Positions 36,998 through 46,059 of a stretch of DNA of 64,000 bases are shown here, in pieces; the stretch's first letter is position 1, and each line of letters begins with the position of its first letter. The position numbers were made by a program, and so were the translations under genes. Under the pieces are notes generated by a model. It searched no databases. It saw only the letters and a program-made list of their open reading frames with translations, and was not told where the DNA came from. Source of the DNA: a virus; IMG/VR virus record IMGVR_UViG_3300045988_149468, positions 75,803 through 139,802 of that record; one strand, 5' to 3'.

Positions 36998-37435
36998 TTA
37001 ATATTGTTTTAATTGTTTTTCAATAGATTCTAATTGTTCTTTTAATATTTGTTTTTTCATTTTTAATTCTACAATTTCAAATCCTTTAACAAAATCAAAT
37101 TTATCATCTTTATGAACTTTTGCAGTAACAATTTTGCCTTTATTATTCGCTCTTTTCATTTCAAACATCTTATCGTTATATCTATAAAGAATTTTGTAAG
37201 AAATATTTCCAAATAAAAATATAGTATTATCTATCCAATCACTCCAATTATTAGTACTAAACATTTCCTCAAATATTGCTTCATCTACTTCAATAGAATT
37301 TTTATTTTCATCTTGCATTTTAATTCGGAAACTAGACTTTCCTGTTTCATCAGATGAGGTTGTTGTACTTGTTACTTTATATTCTTTATTATTTAATTTA
37401 CATATAGCTTTATCACCTATTTGAATTTTAAACAT
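36998..37435 (-). CDS. hypothetical protein, paralog of 37868..38269
   Basis: Shares KIQIGDKAICKLNNKEYKV and ILYRYNDKMFEM...AKVHKDDKFDFVKGFEIVELKMKK with the paralog. Confidence 0.45.
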   Translation of the reverse strand: MFKIQIGDKAICKLNNKEYKVTSTTTSSDETGKSSFRIKMQDENKNSIEVDEAIFEEMFSTNNWSDWIDNTIFLFGNISYKILYRYNDKMFEMKRANNKGKIVTAKVHKDDKFDFVKGFEIVELKMKKQILKEQLESIEKQLKQY

Positions 37436-37770
37436 TAACATCCCTCCTCCATTTCCATTTTTCTAAGATTCCAATTCTCAATCCAATCATCTAAATCATT
37501 TTCTTTATAACCTACACTTTTTACCCATTTTGTAAATTCTTCTACTGTGGCATTTATTGGTCTAAAATGTTTTAATACTTCATTAAATGGTTGTAAATAA
37601 TTTTCTATTACTTCTCTTGCTTCCTTCTTAGCATATTCCTTATTGTATCCTCTTTCCATTATTACGTTTACATAATCTTCTTCTGTCATATCTGAATGAG
37701 TCACTGTGTCTATTACAGTTGAAAATCTACAATATAATGCATTGGGTTGTTTAGCTATAAATCCTGCCAT
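37435..37770 (-). CDS. hypothetical protein
   Basis: ORF with SD aaggaggtaaaataATG. Confidence 0.4.
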   Translation of the reverse strand: MAGFIAKQPNALYCRFSTVIDTVTHSDMTEEDYVNVIMERGYNKEYAKKEAREVIENYLQPFNEVLKHFRPINATVEEFTKWVKSVGYKENDLDDWIENWNLRKMEMEEGC

Positions 37771-37867
37771 TATTTTACCTCCTTATATTTTATCATTATC
37801 AATTACACAATATGAACAACTTTCAGTTAAAGAATAACTTACTCCTAATATTCTTATTTATAACCTC

Positions 37868-38269
37868 CTAAAATGTTTTTATTTTATTTCTTGTATTATA
37901 TAAACATTCACTAATTATTTTTTCTTTCATTCTTAATCCCACAAGTTCAAGTCCTTTATAAAAATTAAAATCATCTTCGGGGTGAACCCTTGCTTGTACT
38001 AAATATTCATCATCCATTGTCGTCATTTCAAATGCATTTTCATTGTATCTATATAATACATCAATAGATAAACCTAAAACTTTTATATCGGTCTTAATCC
38101 ATTTACTCCAACCTTGTTTGAATAATTTATTAACTAAATTATATTGTATTTCAAATTTATTTTCTTTATTACATAATGTTATTTTATCTCTAAACGTTCC
38201 TATATTTGAAATTTGATATTCTTTATTATCTAATTTACATATCATTTTTTGTCCTATTTTTAATTTCAT
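37868..38269 (-). CDS. hypothetical protein, paralog of 36998..37435
   Basis: ATG 38269 follows SD ggaggt. See the paralog entry. Confidence 0.45.
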   Translation of the reverse strand: MKLKIGQKMICKLDNKEYQISNIGTFRDKITLCNKENKFEIQYNLVNKLFKQGWSKWIKTDIKVLGLSIDVLYRYNENAFEMTTMDDEYLVQARVHPEDDFNFYKGLELVGLRMKEKIISECLYNTRNKIKTF

Positions 38270-38297
38270 TTTTACAACCTCCAATAAAATTATATTT

Positions 38298-38483
38298 TTA
38301 TTTCCAAACTATCGCTTTACCTTTCATCATATTTTCCCAATATTCACGAGGGGAATTTCCTCTTACATATGGATAACCTTTATTTATCGCTTCATGTTCG
38401 GTAATAAATTTACAACTGTCTGGACTAAATTTATTACCACCATCTATTATAGCTAATACCATTTCATTCTTTTTTATATTCAT
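38298..38483 (-). CDS. hypothetical protein
   Basis: Co-oriented packed ORF. Confidence 0.35.
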   Translation of the reverse strand: MNIKKNEMVLAIIDGGNKFSPDSCKFITEHEAINKGYPYVRGNSPREYWENMMKGKAIVWK

Positions 38484-38494
38484 TTTTATGCCTC

Positions 38495-38692
38495 CTATAT
38501 TTTAATTTTAAATCCTTTTAATTCTATTCCATTTTCTATATTTTCTATTAAATTTATTATAATATCACTTATAATATTAAACTTTAATTCTCTTGTTACA
38601 TCCACATTATTTTGAAATATTTTAAAATTCCATACTTCATTCGAATTGTACTTTATTTTATATTTGCTATCTTCAATAATTATAGTTTTCAT
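38495..38692 (-). CDS. hypothetical protein
   Basis: Co-oriented packed ORF. Confidence 0.35.
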   Translation of the reverse strand: MKTIIIEDSKYKIKYNSNEVWNFKIFQNNVDVTRELKFNIISDIIINLIENIENGIELKGFKIKI

Positions 38693-38715
38693 TGTATCCC
38701 CTTCGATTTTATTAA

Positions 38716-39105
38716 TTAATAAGTAATACCAAATCCATAAAATTCATCTACTGTTTTAAATATATTATCACCATAACATCCATAATCATCATCACAATCT
38801 AATTCTCTAACACCTTCGTCATCTAATACTTTACACCATGAGCATACAACATTAGCCATTAACGATGCTGATATACCTCTTTCATCTTGACATTTTTCCC
38901 AACCAAAAGCCACATCGTTTTTTAATTGTGCTAAAACATTATCTCTAGTCCATTCTAATGGTTTATGATTTTCATCACTCGTTACATAATTAATTTCATT
39001 CATTTGTTCTTTTGTTAAAAAGTCACAAAATCTTATTCCAAATCTATCATCTAAAAAAGTTTCATACTCTTTATAATTATTTAATACCTCTTGAATTGTT
39101 TTCAT
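38716..39105 (-). CDS. hypothetical protein
   Basis: Co-oriented packed ORF with SD ggaggt. Confidence 0.4.
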   Translation of the reverse strand: MKTIQEVLNNYKEYETFLDDRFGIRFCDFLTKEQMNEINYVTSDENHKPLEWTRDNVLAQLKNDVAFGWEKCQDERGISASLMANVVCSWCKVLDDEGVRELDCDDDYGCYGDNIFKTVDEFYGFGITY

Positions 39106-39119
39106 TTTATTTATACCTC

Positions 39120-39302
39120 CTATATTTTAATAATTTTAATTTTACTTCCTTTAATTAATTCTAATTCACTAACCACTTGTTTAACTTCTTTATAATTTGT
39201 GAATCTTTGAGCATGAACTACATTTTCATTTAATACTATATTATTAGTCCCAAATTCTTTACCCATATAATATTTGTTATCTACTTTAATTATATAGTTC
39301 AT
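39120..39302 (-). CDS. hypothetical protein
   Basis: ATG 39302 follows the leader SD aaggaag. The track N-terminal extension runs through the promoter. Confidence 0.4.
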   Translation of the reverse strand: MNYIIKVDNKYYMGKEFGTNNIVLNENVVHAQRFTNYKEVKQVVSELELIKGSKIKIIKI

Positions 39303-39335
39303 TCTTATCACTTCCTTATTAATTATCATATTCAT

Positions 39336-39364
39336 ATTATATATCAATAAATTTATTTTGTCAA
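39336..39364 (-). promoter_or_regulatory. sigma-A-type promoter, cassette copy
   Basis: TTGACA, 17 nt, TATAAT, then atgaatatgataattaataaggaag. Confidence 0.65.
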
Positions 39365-39394
39365 TATATAATATGAATATTTTTAATTTATTTT

Positions 39395-40135
39395 TTATTC
39401 GTCTTTTACTTCATCATATTCAATATCATCTATTATTTCTATAGCATCCTTTAATGATTCTACATATGTATCAAATTCTTCTTGTGTCATTTGTAGTTTA
39501 GTTTCTTCATCTTTTAATAATTCTACATCATCTACTACTTTTATTCCTAGATCTTTAAAATAATCAATACATTCATCAACAGTTAATGTCTGTGGTTCAG
39601 CTTTAGTAAATATGCCTAACTCAACGCAATCATCATAATTAAACCATTGATCTACTTCTTGATTTTGAATTAACCAATTTTTCTCTATCTTAGTTCTACT
39701 AACTATAAATTCATTATATCTATCTTCCATTTCCATATAGAAGTCATTAAGTCTTTGATTAGATGTTACTTTACCATACTCAAACGTAGTTGATATATGA
39801 TTCATTAGCATACAAAATTTAGAACCATCTCTTTCATCTCCTAATAAAAAGATAAGAAATGCACAACTACAAGCTTGATTAGTTACATACGTTTTTATAG
39901 TAATACCTAATTCTTTTAGTTTATCTACTTCAGTTTTTATTCTACTAAAACCACTAACACAACCCCCAACTGAATCTATACTAAGAGTAACACTTCCTAT
40001 TATTTCTCTTGAATAATCTAAAAAATTATTTATTAGATATTTATCGTAATCATATATTGTTCTTAGTTCATCTACTACTTTTGTTGTTAATTCTTCTGTT
40101 ATTTCGCCGTTAATATCTATAGTTCTCTCTATCAT
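39395..40135 (-). CDS. ClpP-like (S14 family) serine protease
   Basis: SIDSVGGCVSGFSRI aligns to ClpP INSPGGxVxAGxxI. NQACSCAFLIFLLGD aligns to GxAASMGAxLL (Ser), LMNHIS to MIHQP (His), and a later VDQWFNYDD supplies Asp. Confidence 0.55.
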   Translation of the reverse strand: MIERTIDINGEITEELTTKVVDELRTIYDYDKYLINNFLDYSREIIGSVTLSIDSVGGCVSGFSRIKTEVDKLKELGITIKTYVTNQACSCAFLIFLLGDERDGSKFCMLMNHISTTFEYGKVTSNQRLNDFYMEMEDRYNEFIVSRTKIEKNWLIQNQEVDQWFNYDDCVELGIFTKAEPQTLTVDECIDYFKDLGIKVVDDVELLKDEETKLQMTQEEFDTYVESLKDAIEIIDDIEYDEVKDE

Positions 40136-40163
40136 AATTATCACTCCTTATTAATTAATATAT

Positions 40164-40943
40164 TTAATCTGTTATTTCTACTTCGTAATTAGACAATGCT
40201 TGATATAATCTTTGTGGTATTTTATCTTTGTAGTAGTCAGCTACTAGCTTGATATTGTTTTCTTTGTATTCTTTATAAACTTCAAATGCTTGTTCAGGTG
40301 TATTATAATCTCCTAAATATGTTTGCTCTGATTTACCAGTCTCAGGATTAAGTAAACTACAACCTACCCTAAATTTTTTAGTGCGTTTTTCATAACATAC
40401 TCCAACAGGATATTTACCTCTTTTACTATCTCTTTTAGTGAATAATAGATTTATCTTTTCAGGTACGTAAATGCAAGTCTCTGCTGAATATATTTTATTG
40501 TTTTTTACTAATATGTCTTTATCTAATGTCGTTCGTTGTCCTTCTATTTCATAGTAGTTTTCACTATTCCAATATCCGAAGTTTTGATAATTTAGCCATT
40601 CATCAGATGCTTTACATTGATTATATGTATGATGTTTCTCGTGAAATTTAGAATCATAACATCTTCTAAGCATATCTTTCCATGTTATATAACATTTCGT
40701 ATATTTTCCATTTTCTTTACTTTTATATTTACCTTCTCCTAAACATCCATGTTCATACACTCTAGGCTCATATGGACATTTTATTTCGCCATTTTTAAAA
40801 GCACTATAGTATACACTTTCAACAACATAATTATATTCTTCAAAATATACATCAACATCATGACAATTTCTGTATTTAACTATTACCATTTCACTACCAA
40901 AGTTATTATATCCTACTTCACCAGTTCTATCTAATTTGCTCAT
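40164..40943 (-). CDS. AP2-domain homing-endonuclease-like protein, paralog 3 of 3
   Basis: See 28655..29437. Ends NYEVEITD. Confidence 0.5.
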   Translation of the reverse strand: MSKLDRTGEVGYNNFGSEMVIVKYRNCHDVDVYFEEYNYVVESVYYSAFKNGEIKCPYEPRVYEHGCLGEGKYKSKENGKYTKCYITWKDMLRRCYDSKFHEKHHTYNQCKASDEWLNYQNFGYWNSENYYEIEGQRTTLDKDILVKNNKIYSAETCIYVPEKINLLFTKRDSKRGKYPVGVCYEKRTKKFRVGCSLLNPETGKSEQTYLGDYNTPEQAFEVYKEYKENNIKLVADYYKDKIPQRLYQALSNYEVEITD

Positions 40944-40944
40944 A

Positions 40945-41607
40945 TTATCCTACCTTTCTCATTTTAGCTAATCCACCTTTTATAATCCTTGAAACTTGTG
41001 CTTGACTAATGTTATGTTTATTGGCTATATCTTTTTGTGGTGTATTTTTAAAAAATTGTTCTATTATCATATATTTTTCTCTTTCAGTTAAAACTTCAAA
41101 TAATGATTCTAAATACAAGTTAGTGTCAAAATCTACTTCGTATCCGAAGCTGTCTTGAAATTCATTTTTCTTATCACATTCATTGTTATCTGCTTTACTA
41201 TTTAAAGATGATACTTTGAAATTTATATTTATTAATTCTTCAATTTCTTTAACATCTTTGTTTAATTCTTTGGCTACATCTTCTATTGACATTATTTTAA
41301 TTAATCTATCTGCTTTACGTTTATTAATTAGTAACTGTTGAGCATAATGTATTCCTTCTCTAGTATGTCTACTATAATGTTCTATTTCCCTCATTATATT
41401 GTAAATAGCAAACGTTGAGAATTTAATATTATATTTAGGATCAAAAGCATCTGCTGATTTTACTAATCCTATAACGCCTACATTAAACATATCTTCATAT
41501 GAATGTTCTATTGCTTCATAATGTAATTTTCTTTTTAATGTGTAATCTACTAATCTAATATTATCAAGTATAAAATGTTCCCTTTGTTCTTTTGTATCGA
41601 ATCTCAC
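40945..41607 (-). CDS. sigma-70 family sigma factor (SigF/SigG-like), paralog A
   Basis: Region 2 is VGVIGLVKSADAFDPKYNIKFSTFAIYNIMREI. Region 4 HTH is QKDIANKHNISQAQVSRIIKGGLAKMR. GTG start. Confidence 0.7.
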   Translation of the reverse strand: MRFDTKEQREHFILDNIRLVDYTLKRKLHYEAIEHSYEDMFNVGVIGLVKSADAFDPKYNIKFSTFAIYNIMREIEHYSRHTREGIHYAQQLLINKRKADRLIKIMSIEDVAKELNKDVKEIEELININFKVSSLNSKADNNECDKKNEFQDSFGYEVDFDTNLYLESLFEVLTEREKYMIIEQFFKNTPQKDIANKHNISQAQVSRIIKGGLAKMRKVG

Positions 41608-41644
41608 TTCAACCCTCTCCCCTTATTAATTAATATATTCGTAT

Positions 41645-42718
41645 TTAATCATTTAGCTTATAAATTTTATTACACATATCATTTAGATCGTATTGTAAAT
41701 ATTTCATGTATTCACTTTTTAATATAAAATCTTGTTTCTCTAAAAAATTAATTACTATCTCTGGGTTAATTTTAAACCACTCACCAAAGGTTCTATATTC
41801 TTCAAAATATTTATGTACATCTTTTTCAATAGCAAATGCATTACTGCATATCATTGATTTATATATTAATTCTAATTCAATTCCAGCACCAGTTTGTAGT
41901 TGTTTAATTCTCTTATCAACATCTTGAGCAACTCCTATCTTAACTGTCTCATTAAGTGGATTTTTAATTACATAAATATATTGTCTTAATTTATTATTTT
42001 GAGGTAATACTTCATCTAATACTTTTGCTTTAAACATATTCATTATAGCTATTTTCATCTTTTGAAATGCTAATATAAATTTAGCTCTATATTCAGTAGA
42101 ATATTTTAACATTAATTGCATTGTTGCCATTTCACCTAATTCATATTGTGTGTATATTTGACCATTTTCAGCTAAGTATGTAGTTTCTTTAAAATCATTT
42201 ATTATAATTTCACTATCCAAATTTGGATTATGAATTTCTTTTAATTTACTTATTTCTTCTCTTATATCTCTTAATATATGAAAGTGTTCTTTACCTGTAA
42301 CTTCAGCTATAACTTTAGATGTAGTTATTGGAATACCATCTTTACTTATAACTAAATTATCTATATTACCTTGAAATGTAGTGTTTTCAATAGTTGTAAG
42401 TATATCAAGTGATTTCTTGCGTATATTTTCAAAATAATCCATATATCTATCAGTAAACAAGTTACCTTTTTCACCTGTCGTTTTATGAGCCAAAAATTCA
42501 CATCCTCTTTTTAGTATTTCAAAACATCTATTTGTTTTTCCACTCTTATCAGTATATTCGTTTTCTATCCAATATTTACTAAGCTCAATTTTGCGCTCAG
42601 TAAAAGTTGAATTAATATTATCTATTTTTCTTAATAAATTCTTATGTGACATTTCCATCATTTCAGCAACTTCTCTACTATTTATAGTTTTGACTCTTCT
42701 TTTAGTTAATTCATCCAT
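41645..42718 (-). CDS. Rha-like regulatory domain fused to a T5orf172/MUG113 (GIY-YIG superfamily) domain
   Basis: N-terminal INSREVAEMMEMSHKNLLRKID is Rha-like. C-terminal YIYVIKNPLNETVKIGVAQDVDKRIKQLQTG...FGEWFKI is T5orf172-like. Confidence 0.55.
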   Translation of the reverse strand: MDELTKRRVKTINSREVAEMMEMSHKNLLRKIDNINSTFTERKIELSKYWIENEYTDKSGKTNRCFEILKRGCEFLAHKTTGEKGNLFTDRYMDYFENIRKKSLDILTTIENTTFQGNIDNLVISKDGIPITTSKVIAEVTGKEHFHILRDIREEISKLKEIHNPNLDSEIIINDFKETTYLAENGQIYTQYELGEMATMQLMLKYSTEYRAKFILAFQKMKIAIMNMFKAKVLDEVLPQNNKLRQYIYVIKNPLNETVKIGVAQDVDKRIKQLQTGAGIELELIYKSMICSNAFAIEKDVHKYFEEYRTFGEWFKINPEIVINFLEKQDFILKSEYMKYLQYDLNDMCNKIYKLND

Positions 42719-42752
42719 TTTTTATTACCCCCTTATTAACTAATATATTTAT

Positions 42753-42781
42753 ATTATATCATGTTTAAGCCACTTCGTCAA
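42753..42781 (-). promoter_or_regulatory. extended -10 promoter overlapping the 3' end of the sigma B gene
   Basis: TTGACG, 17 nt, TGaTATAAT, then ataaatatattagttaataaggggg. Confidence 0.5.
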
Positions 42782-43454
42782 GAATATGTTTTCTCATTTT
42801 ATCTAATGCTTTTCTTATTTTTTTTCCTATTGACTGCTGACAATAAGGATATTTTTTACTCATTGACGTTTGTGTTTTGTCATAAAAAACATAATCTATA
42901 ACCATGTTTTTTTCTTCATCTGTTAATACACTTAGCATATTTTCAATTCTAAATTTTTCATCATAGTCTATATAAATATGTAGATCTTTTATACAATCCA
43001 TTATTTCCAAATCTTCATCATCTGATTTTATATTTGAATTTAATCTTAATTGCGAATAATTTATATCTTTAATTTTTTTAACTTCATCAACTGTTAGTCC
43101 TAATTTTTCAGCTATTTCTTCATCATTCATACGTGGACTATATTCATCAATTTTATTTTTATTCAATACAACTTTTCTCCCAAATCGAATACCACCTTTT
43201 ACTTCTTTTGTAGCATTAAAGACTGAGCCACATATCCACTTCATTGCATATGAACTGAAACTATATCCTTTATTTGTTTCATATTTATCTACTGCACGAA
43301 TTAATCCTGTTAATGCTATTTGTCTTGCATCATCTTTAGTAAGTTCATTACTATAAAAATCATAAAATAAGAATTTGTTTTTTATTGCATATTCTACCAA
43401 GCCTATATTATCTTCTATAAATTTATCTCGTTCTGCCTTCGTTTTAAATTTCAT
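42765..43454 (-). CDS. sigma-70 family sigma factor (SigF/SigG-like), paralog B
   Basis: The N-terminus MKFKTKAERDKFIEDNIGLVEY parallels paralog A MRFDTKEQREHFILDNIRLVDY. Region 2 is LTGLIRAVDKYETNKGYSFSSYA and region 4 is TQTSMSKKYPYCQQSIGKKIRKALDKMR. Confidence 0.65.
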   Translation of the reverse strand: MKFKTKAERDKFIEDNIGLVEYAIKNKFLFYDFYSNELTKDDARQIALTGLIRAVDKYETNKGYSFSSYAMKWICGSVFNATKEVKGGIRFGRKVVLNKNKIDEYSPRMNDEEIAEKLGLTVDEVKKIKDINYSQLRLNSNIKSDDEDLEIMDCIKDLHIYIDYDEKFRIENMLSVLTDEEKNMVIDYVFYDKTQTSMSKKYPYCQQSIGKKIRKALDKMRKHILDEVA

Positions 43455-43508
43455 TTGAATCTCACCTCTTATTAATTATTATACTTATATTATATCACAT
43501 CCTATTAA

Positions 43509-43781
43509 TTATTTTAATAAATCTTTTATATTTTTTATAATTTCTTCAAAATTTTTACTTTCACATTCATAATATATACAGGTATTTTTATTGATATTAA
43601 ATTTACATTTTATATCAATATCTTTTACTCCTCCGATTTGATATATTTCTCTAACTACATTATGTTTGCAAGTAGTACAAGATTTTTGTTCCTTTGAATT
43701 TAGTAATAAATGATAAGCGTATAAATAATTTTTTAATTTTTTATCATCTGATAATTTAAAATTATCACTAAAAGTACTCAT
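43509..43781 (-). CDS. hypothetical Cys-containing protein
   Basis: Co-oriented ORF with SD ggaggg. Confidence 0.4.
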   Translation of the reverse strand: MSTFSDNFKLSDDKKLKNYLYAYHLLLNSKEQKSCTTCKHNVVREIYQIGGVKDIDIKCKFNINKNTCIYYECESKNFEEIIKNIKDLLK

Positions 43782-43784
43782 TAT

Positions 43785-44192
43785 TTATCCCTCCAACAAC
43801 TCTTTATTTTCGTACACATTTCCTATAACTGTACCAAATTCAACTTGGGCATCACATATCAATTCTTCATCTCCATCTGCATAATAATCAAAATAGCAAA
43901 CAAAGAATGCTCCTCGTTTATATACTATTTTTCCTATATGTTCCCAAGTTGAACCTATTTCTCTATCGTCTACTCCTTCTAATCTTATTATATCCCCTTC
44001 ATAAATTTCTTTACCATTAATGTCATAACAATTGGTATATTGCATTACTACATAATTATCATATTCTAAAACATCTTTAAAACTTTCTTCAAAACAACCA
44101 CCATTATTAATCATAAAGTCATATGTATCCTGTACATCATAATACATTTTCTTTTCTTTCTTATCCCATGCCCTAAACTTAATTTCTCTCAT
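43785..44192 (-). CDS. YopX family protein
   Basis: MREIKFRAWDKKEKKMYY is the characteristic YopX N-terminus. Confidence 0.65.
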   Translation of the reverse strand: MREIKFRAWDKKEKKMYYDVQDTYDFMINNGGCFEESFKDVLEYDNYVVMQYTNCYDINGKEIYEGDIIRLEGVDDREIGSTWEHIGKIVYKRGAFFVCYFDYYADGDEELICDAQVEFGTVIGNVYENKELLEG

Positions 44193-44497
44193 TATTTATT
44201 CTCCTTTAATTCAATTATATAATCTTTATTATTAAATGCACCAGAACATCCTACGCTTTGTATAGGTTTACGTGATATCTCAGGAGTAATTTCATAATTA
44301 GTTAATACACCATTAGAATATTTACAAGATTTCATTTCATTATAAATAACTGTTATATATCCCCATTCATAAGGTCTTTCTTTAAAAATTGCTTTAATAA
44401 ATTGTCCAACAGTATATGGTTTATCTAAATACACATACCATTCACTCGTATAATCTGGATAACGTTCACCTTCTTTAAATCTTATCATTTTATTCAC
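44192..44497 (-). CDS. hypothetical protein, paralog of 51256..51501
   Basis: Shared C-terminus IQSVGCSGAFNNKDYIIELKE vs IQNVVCYSSSNNKDYIITIKE. Start is GTG 44497 or ATG 44488. Confidence 0.4.
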   Translation of the reverse strand: MNKMIRFKEGERYPDYTSEWYVYLDKPYTVGQFIKAIFKERPYEWGYITVIYNEMKSCKYSNGVLTNYEITPEISRKPIQSVGCSGAFNNKDYIIELKENK

Positions 44498-44689
44498 CCA
44501 ACTCCCTTACTATCTTTCCCCAACATTCAGAACAATTATGATAATCACATTCTTCTTTTTCATATTTACTTTCACTATTAGTATAATAATTATAAGGGCA
44601 TCTACTTAATAATTCTGCTAATCTCATAAAATTTTGTATTCCTAAATAATTATAAACATCTTTAAGTAACACATCTCTTTGAAATTTTA
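44490..44689 (-). pseudogene. 3' fragment of a phage gene split by the ISL3 insertion
   Basis: Reading frame continues from fragment 46826..46942 once the IS and one TSD copy are removed. The track ORF 44490..44699 borrows a TTG inside the IS terminal repeat. Confidence 0.7.
44682..44689. repeat. 8-bp target-site duplication (left copy) AAATTTTA
   Basis: Identical octamer at 46826-46833, directly abutting the IS inverted repeats. Confidence 0.75.
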
Positions 44690-44729
44690 GGGTATACAAC
44701 TTTAAGTGTGGAAAATAAAAGAGAGTGAA

Positions 44730-46043
44730 TTAAAATTTATCACTCTCTAATACCTCTAGTAATTGTGGAATATCTACTCCAAAACCTTCTGTTAATTTTG
44801 TACTTCCTACGAAATCATTCCAACTAAATGCCGTAGTAAATGTATATGTTTTGTTACTTGTATTTGCTCTTGTATATTTAGGTTTTCTAGTTGCACTTGT
44901 ACCGAATAATACCTTTGCTCTAAGCACCTCGAATGAGTAACCTCTACCAGCTTTCTCGATGTTCTTAATCAAGTTATTTAAACTTTCTGTATAAGCATTT
45001 GTAATTCTACAAGTAAAATAGTTAAATATCTCATACTGCCAGTTATCAACTGTTTTGATTACATCTTGATAGTATTTCATATCCTTTGGAACTGCTTTTT
45101 TCCAGTCCTCATAAGCTTTTAAAGCATCTTCTCGATTATCATGTTTATAGATATCTCTGAATTGTTCCTTCAATTCATAAGCTAACTTTAATTGTGGAAA
45201 ATCTAGAAACATTAGTTGCATATCCCAAATCTGTCTAGCATTTAAATCCTCTTTGTTCCTCAGTAGCAAGAATCTATCTTTTAACAGTTTAGACCTTTGT
45301 TTCTTGTCTAATGAGCCTTTAAACGACTTTCTCTCACCTTCTAATGCATTGTTGACTAATTGTATTACATGGAATCTATCAACGATTACCTGAGCATTTG
45401 GCAACTCCTCATATACTGCCTCTTTGTAGTATCTCCACATATCTATGGTTACTACTTCTATGTTCTCCTTGTTAGGCAATTTGATTAAAAAATCCTTTAC
45501 ATCGGATTTCTTACGGCTTGGTTGAATATCTAATACCTTACGTCCAATTATATCGGTGTAAACGGCTCTCATTGACTTATTAAGATGCACCTCATCTATT
45601 CCTAATATAACTGGAGTAAGGAAGGTCATATCATTTTCTAACTTTTCTATGTAACTGTTAAACACTCGCTTGACTGTGGTAGGAGAGATACTATATTCCT
45701 CTGCTATATTAGCAAACGGCTTTTTAAGAGATTCTTTTTCTATCTGTTCTCTTAAACGAATAGTGATTTTATCTCTATCGTCTATGCTTTCATAATGTTG
45801 GCTAAATGTTGTATCACAGTATCTACATTTATATCTATGTGTATGTATTTCAATCCCTACACGTTTCCCAAAGCTGTTTAAATCCCTTACAAATCGTTTT
45901 GATTTGCCATGCTTATAATATTCAACTCCACCACACTCTGGGCAAGCTACAGGCTCTTTAACTGGTTTTACTATTACCGTCATATCGTGGTCATCTTGTA
46001 TTGTGTCTAAAACTTCAAATTCTGGTAAATTTAGTATATTCAT
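44730..46043 (-). CDS. ISL3 family transposase
   Basis: N-terminal zinc finger CPECGG...CRYCDTTF. DDE region ILGIDEVH / VVTIDMWRYY / VDRFHVIQ. C-terminal AYTESLNNLIKNIEKAGRGYSFEVLRAKVLF. Confidence 0.85.
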   Translation of the reverse strand: MNILNLPEFEVLDTIQDDHDMTVIVKPVKEPVACPECGGVEYYKHGKSKRFVRDLNSFGKRVGIEIHTHRYKCRYCDTTFSQHYESIDDRDKITIRLREQIEKESLKKPFANIAEEYSISPTTVKRVFNSYIEKLENDMTFLTPVILGIDEVHLNKSMRAVYTDIIGRKVLDIQPSRKKSDVKDFLIKLPNKENIEVVTIDMWRYYKEAVYEELPNAQVIVDRFHVIQLVNNALEGERKSFKGSLDKKQRSKLLKDRFLLLRNKEDLNARQIWDMQLMFLDFPQLKLAYELKEQFRDIYKHDNREDALKAYEDWKKAVPKDMKYYQDVIKTVDNWQYEIFNYFTCRITNAYTESLNNLIKNIEKAGRGYSFEVLRAKVLFGTSATRKPKYTRANTSNKTYTFTTAFSWNDFVGSTKLTEGFGVDIPQLLEVLESDKF

Positions 46044-46059
46044 TTTGTCTATTCTCTTT

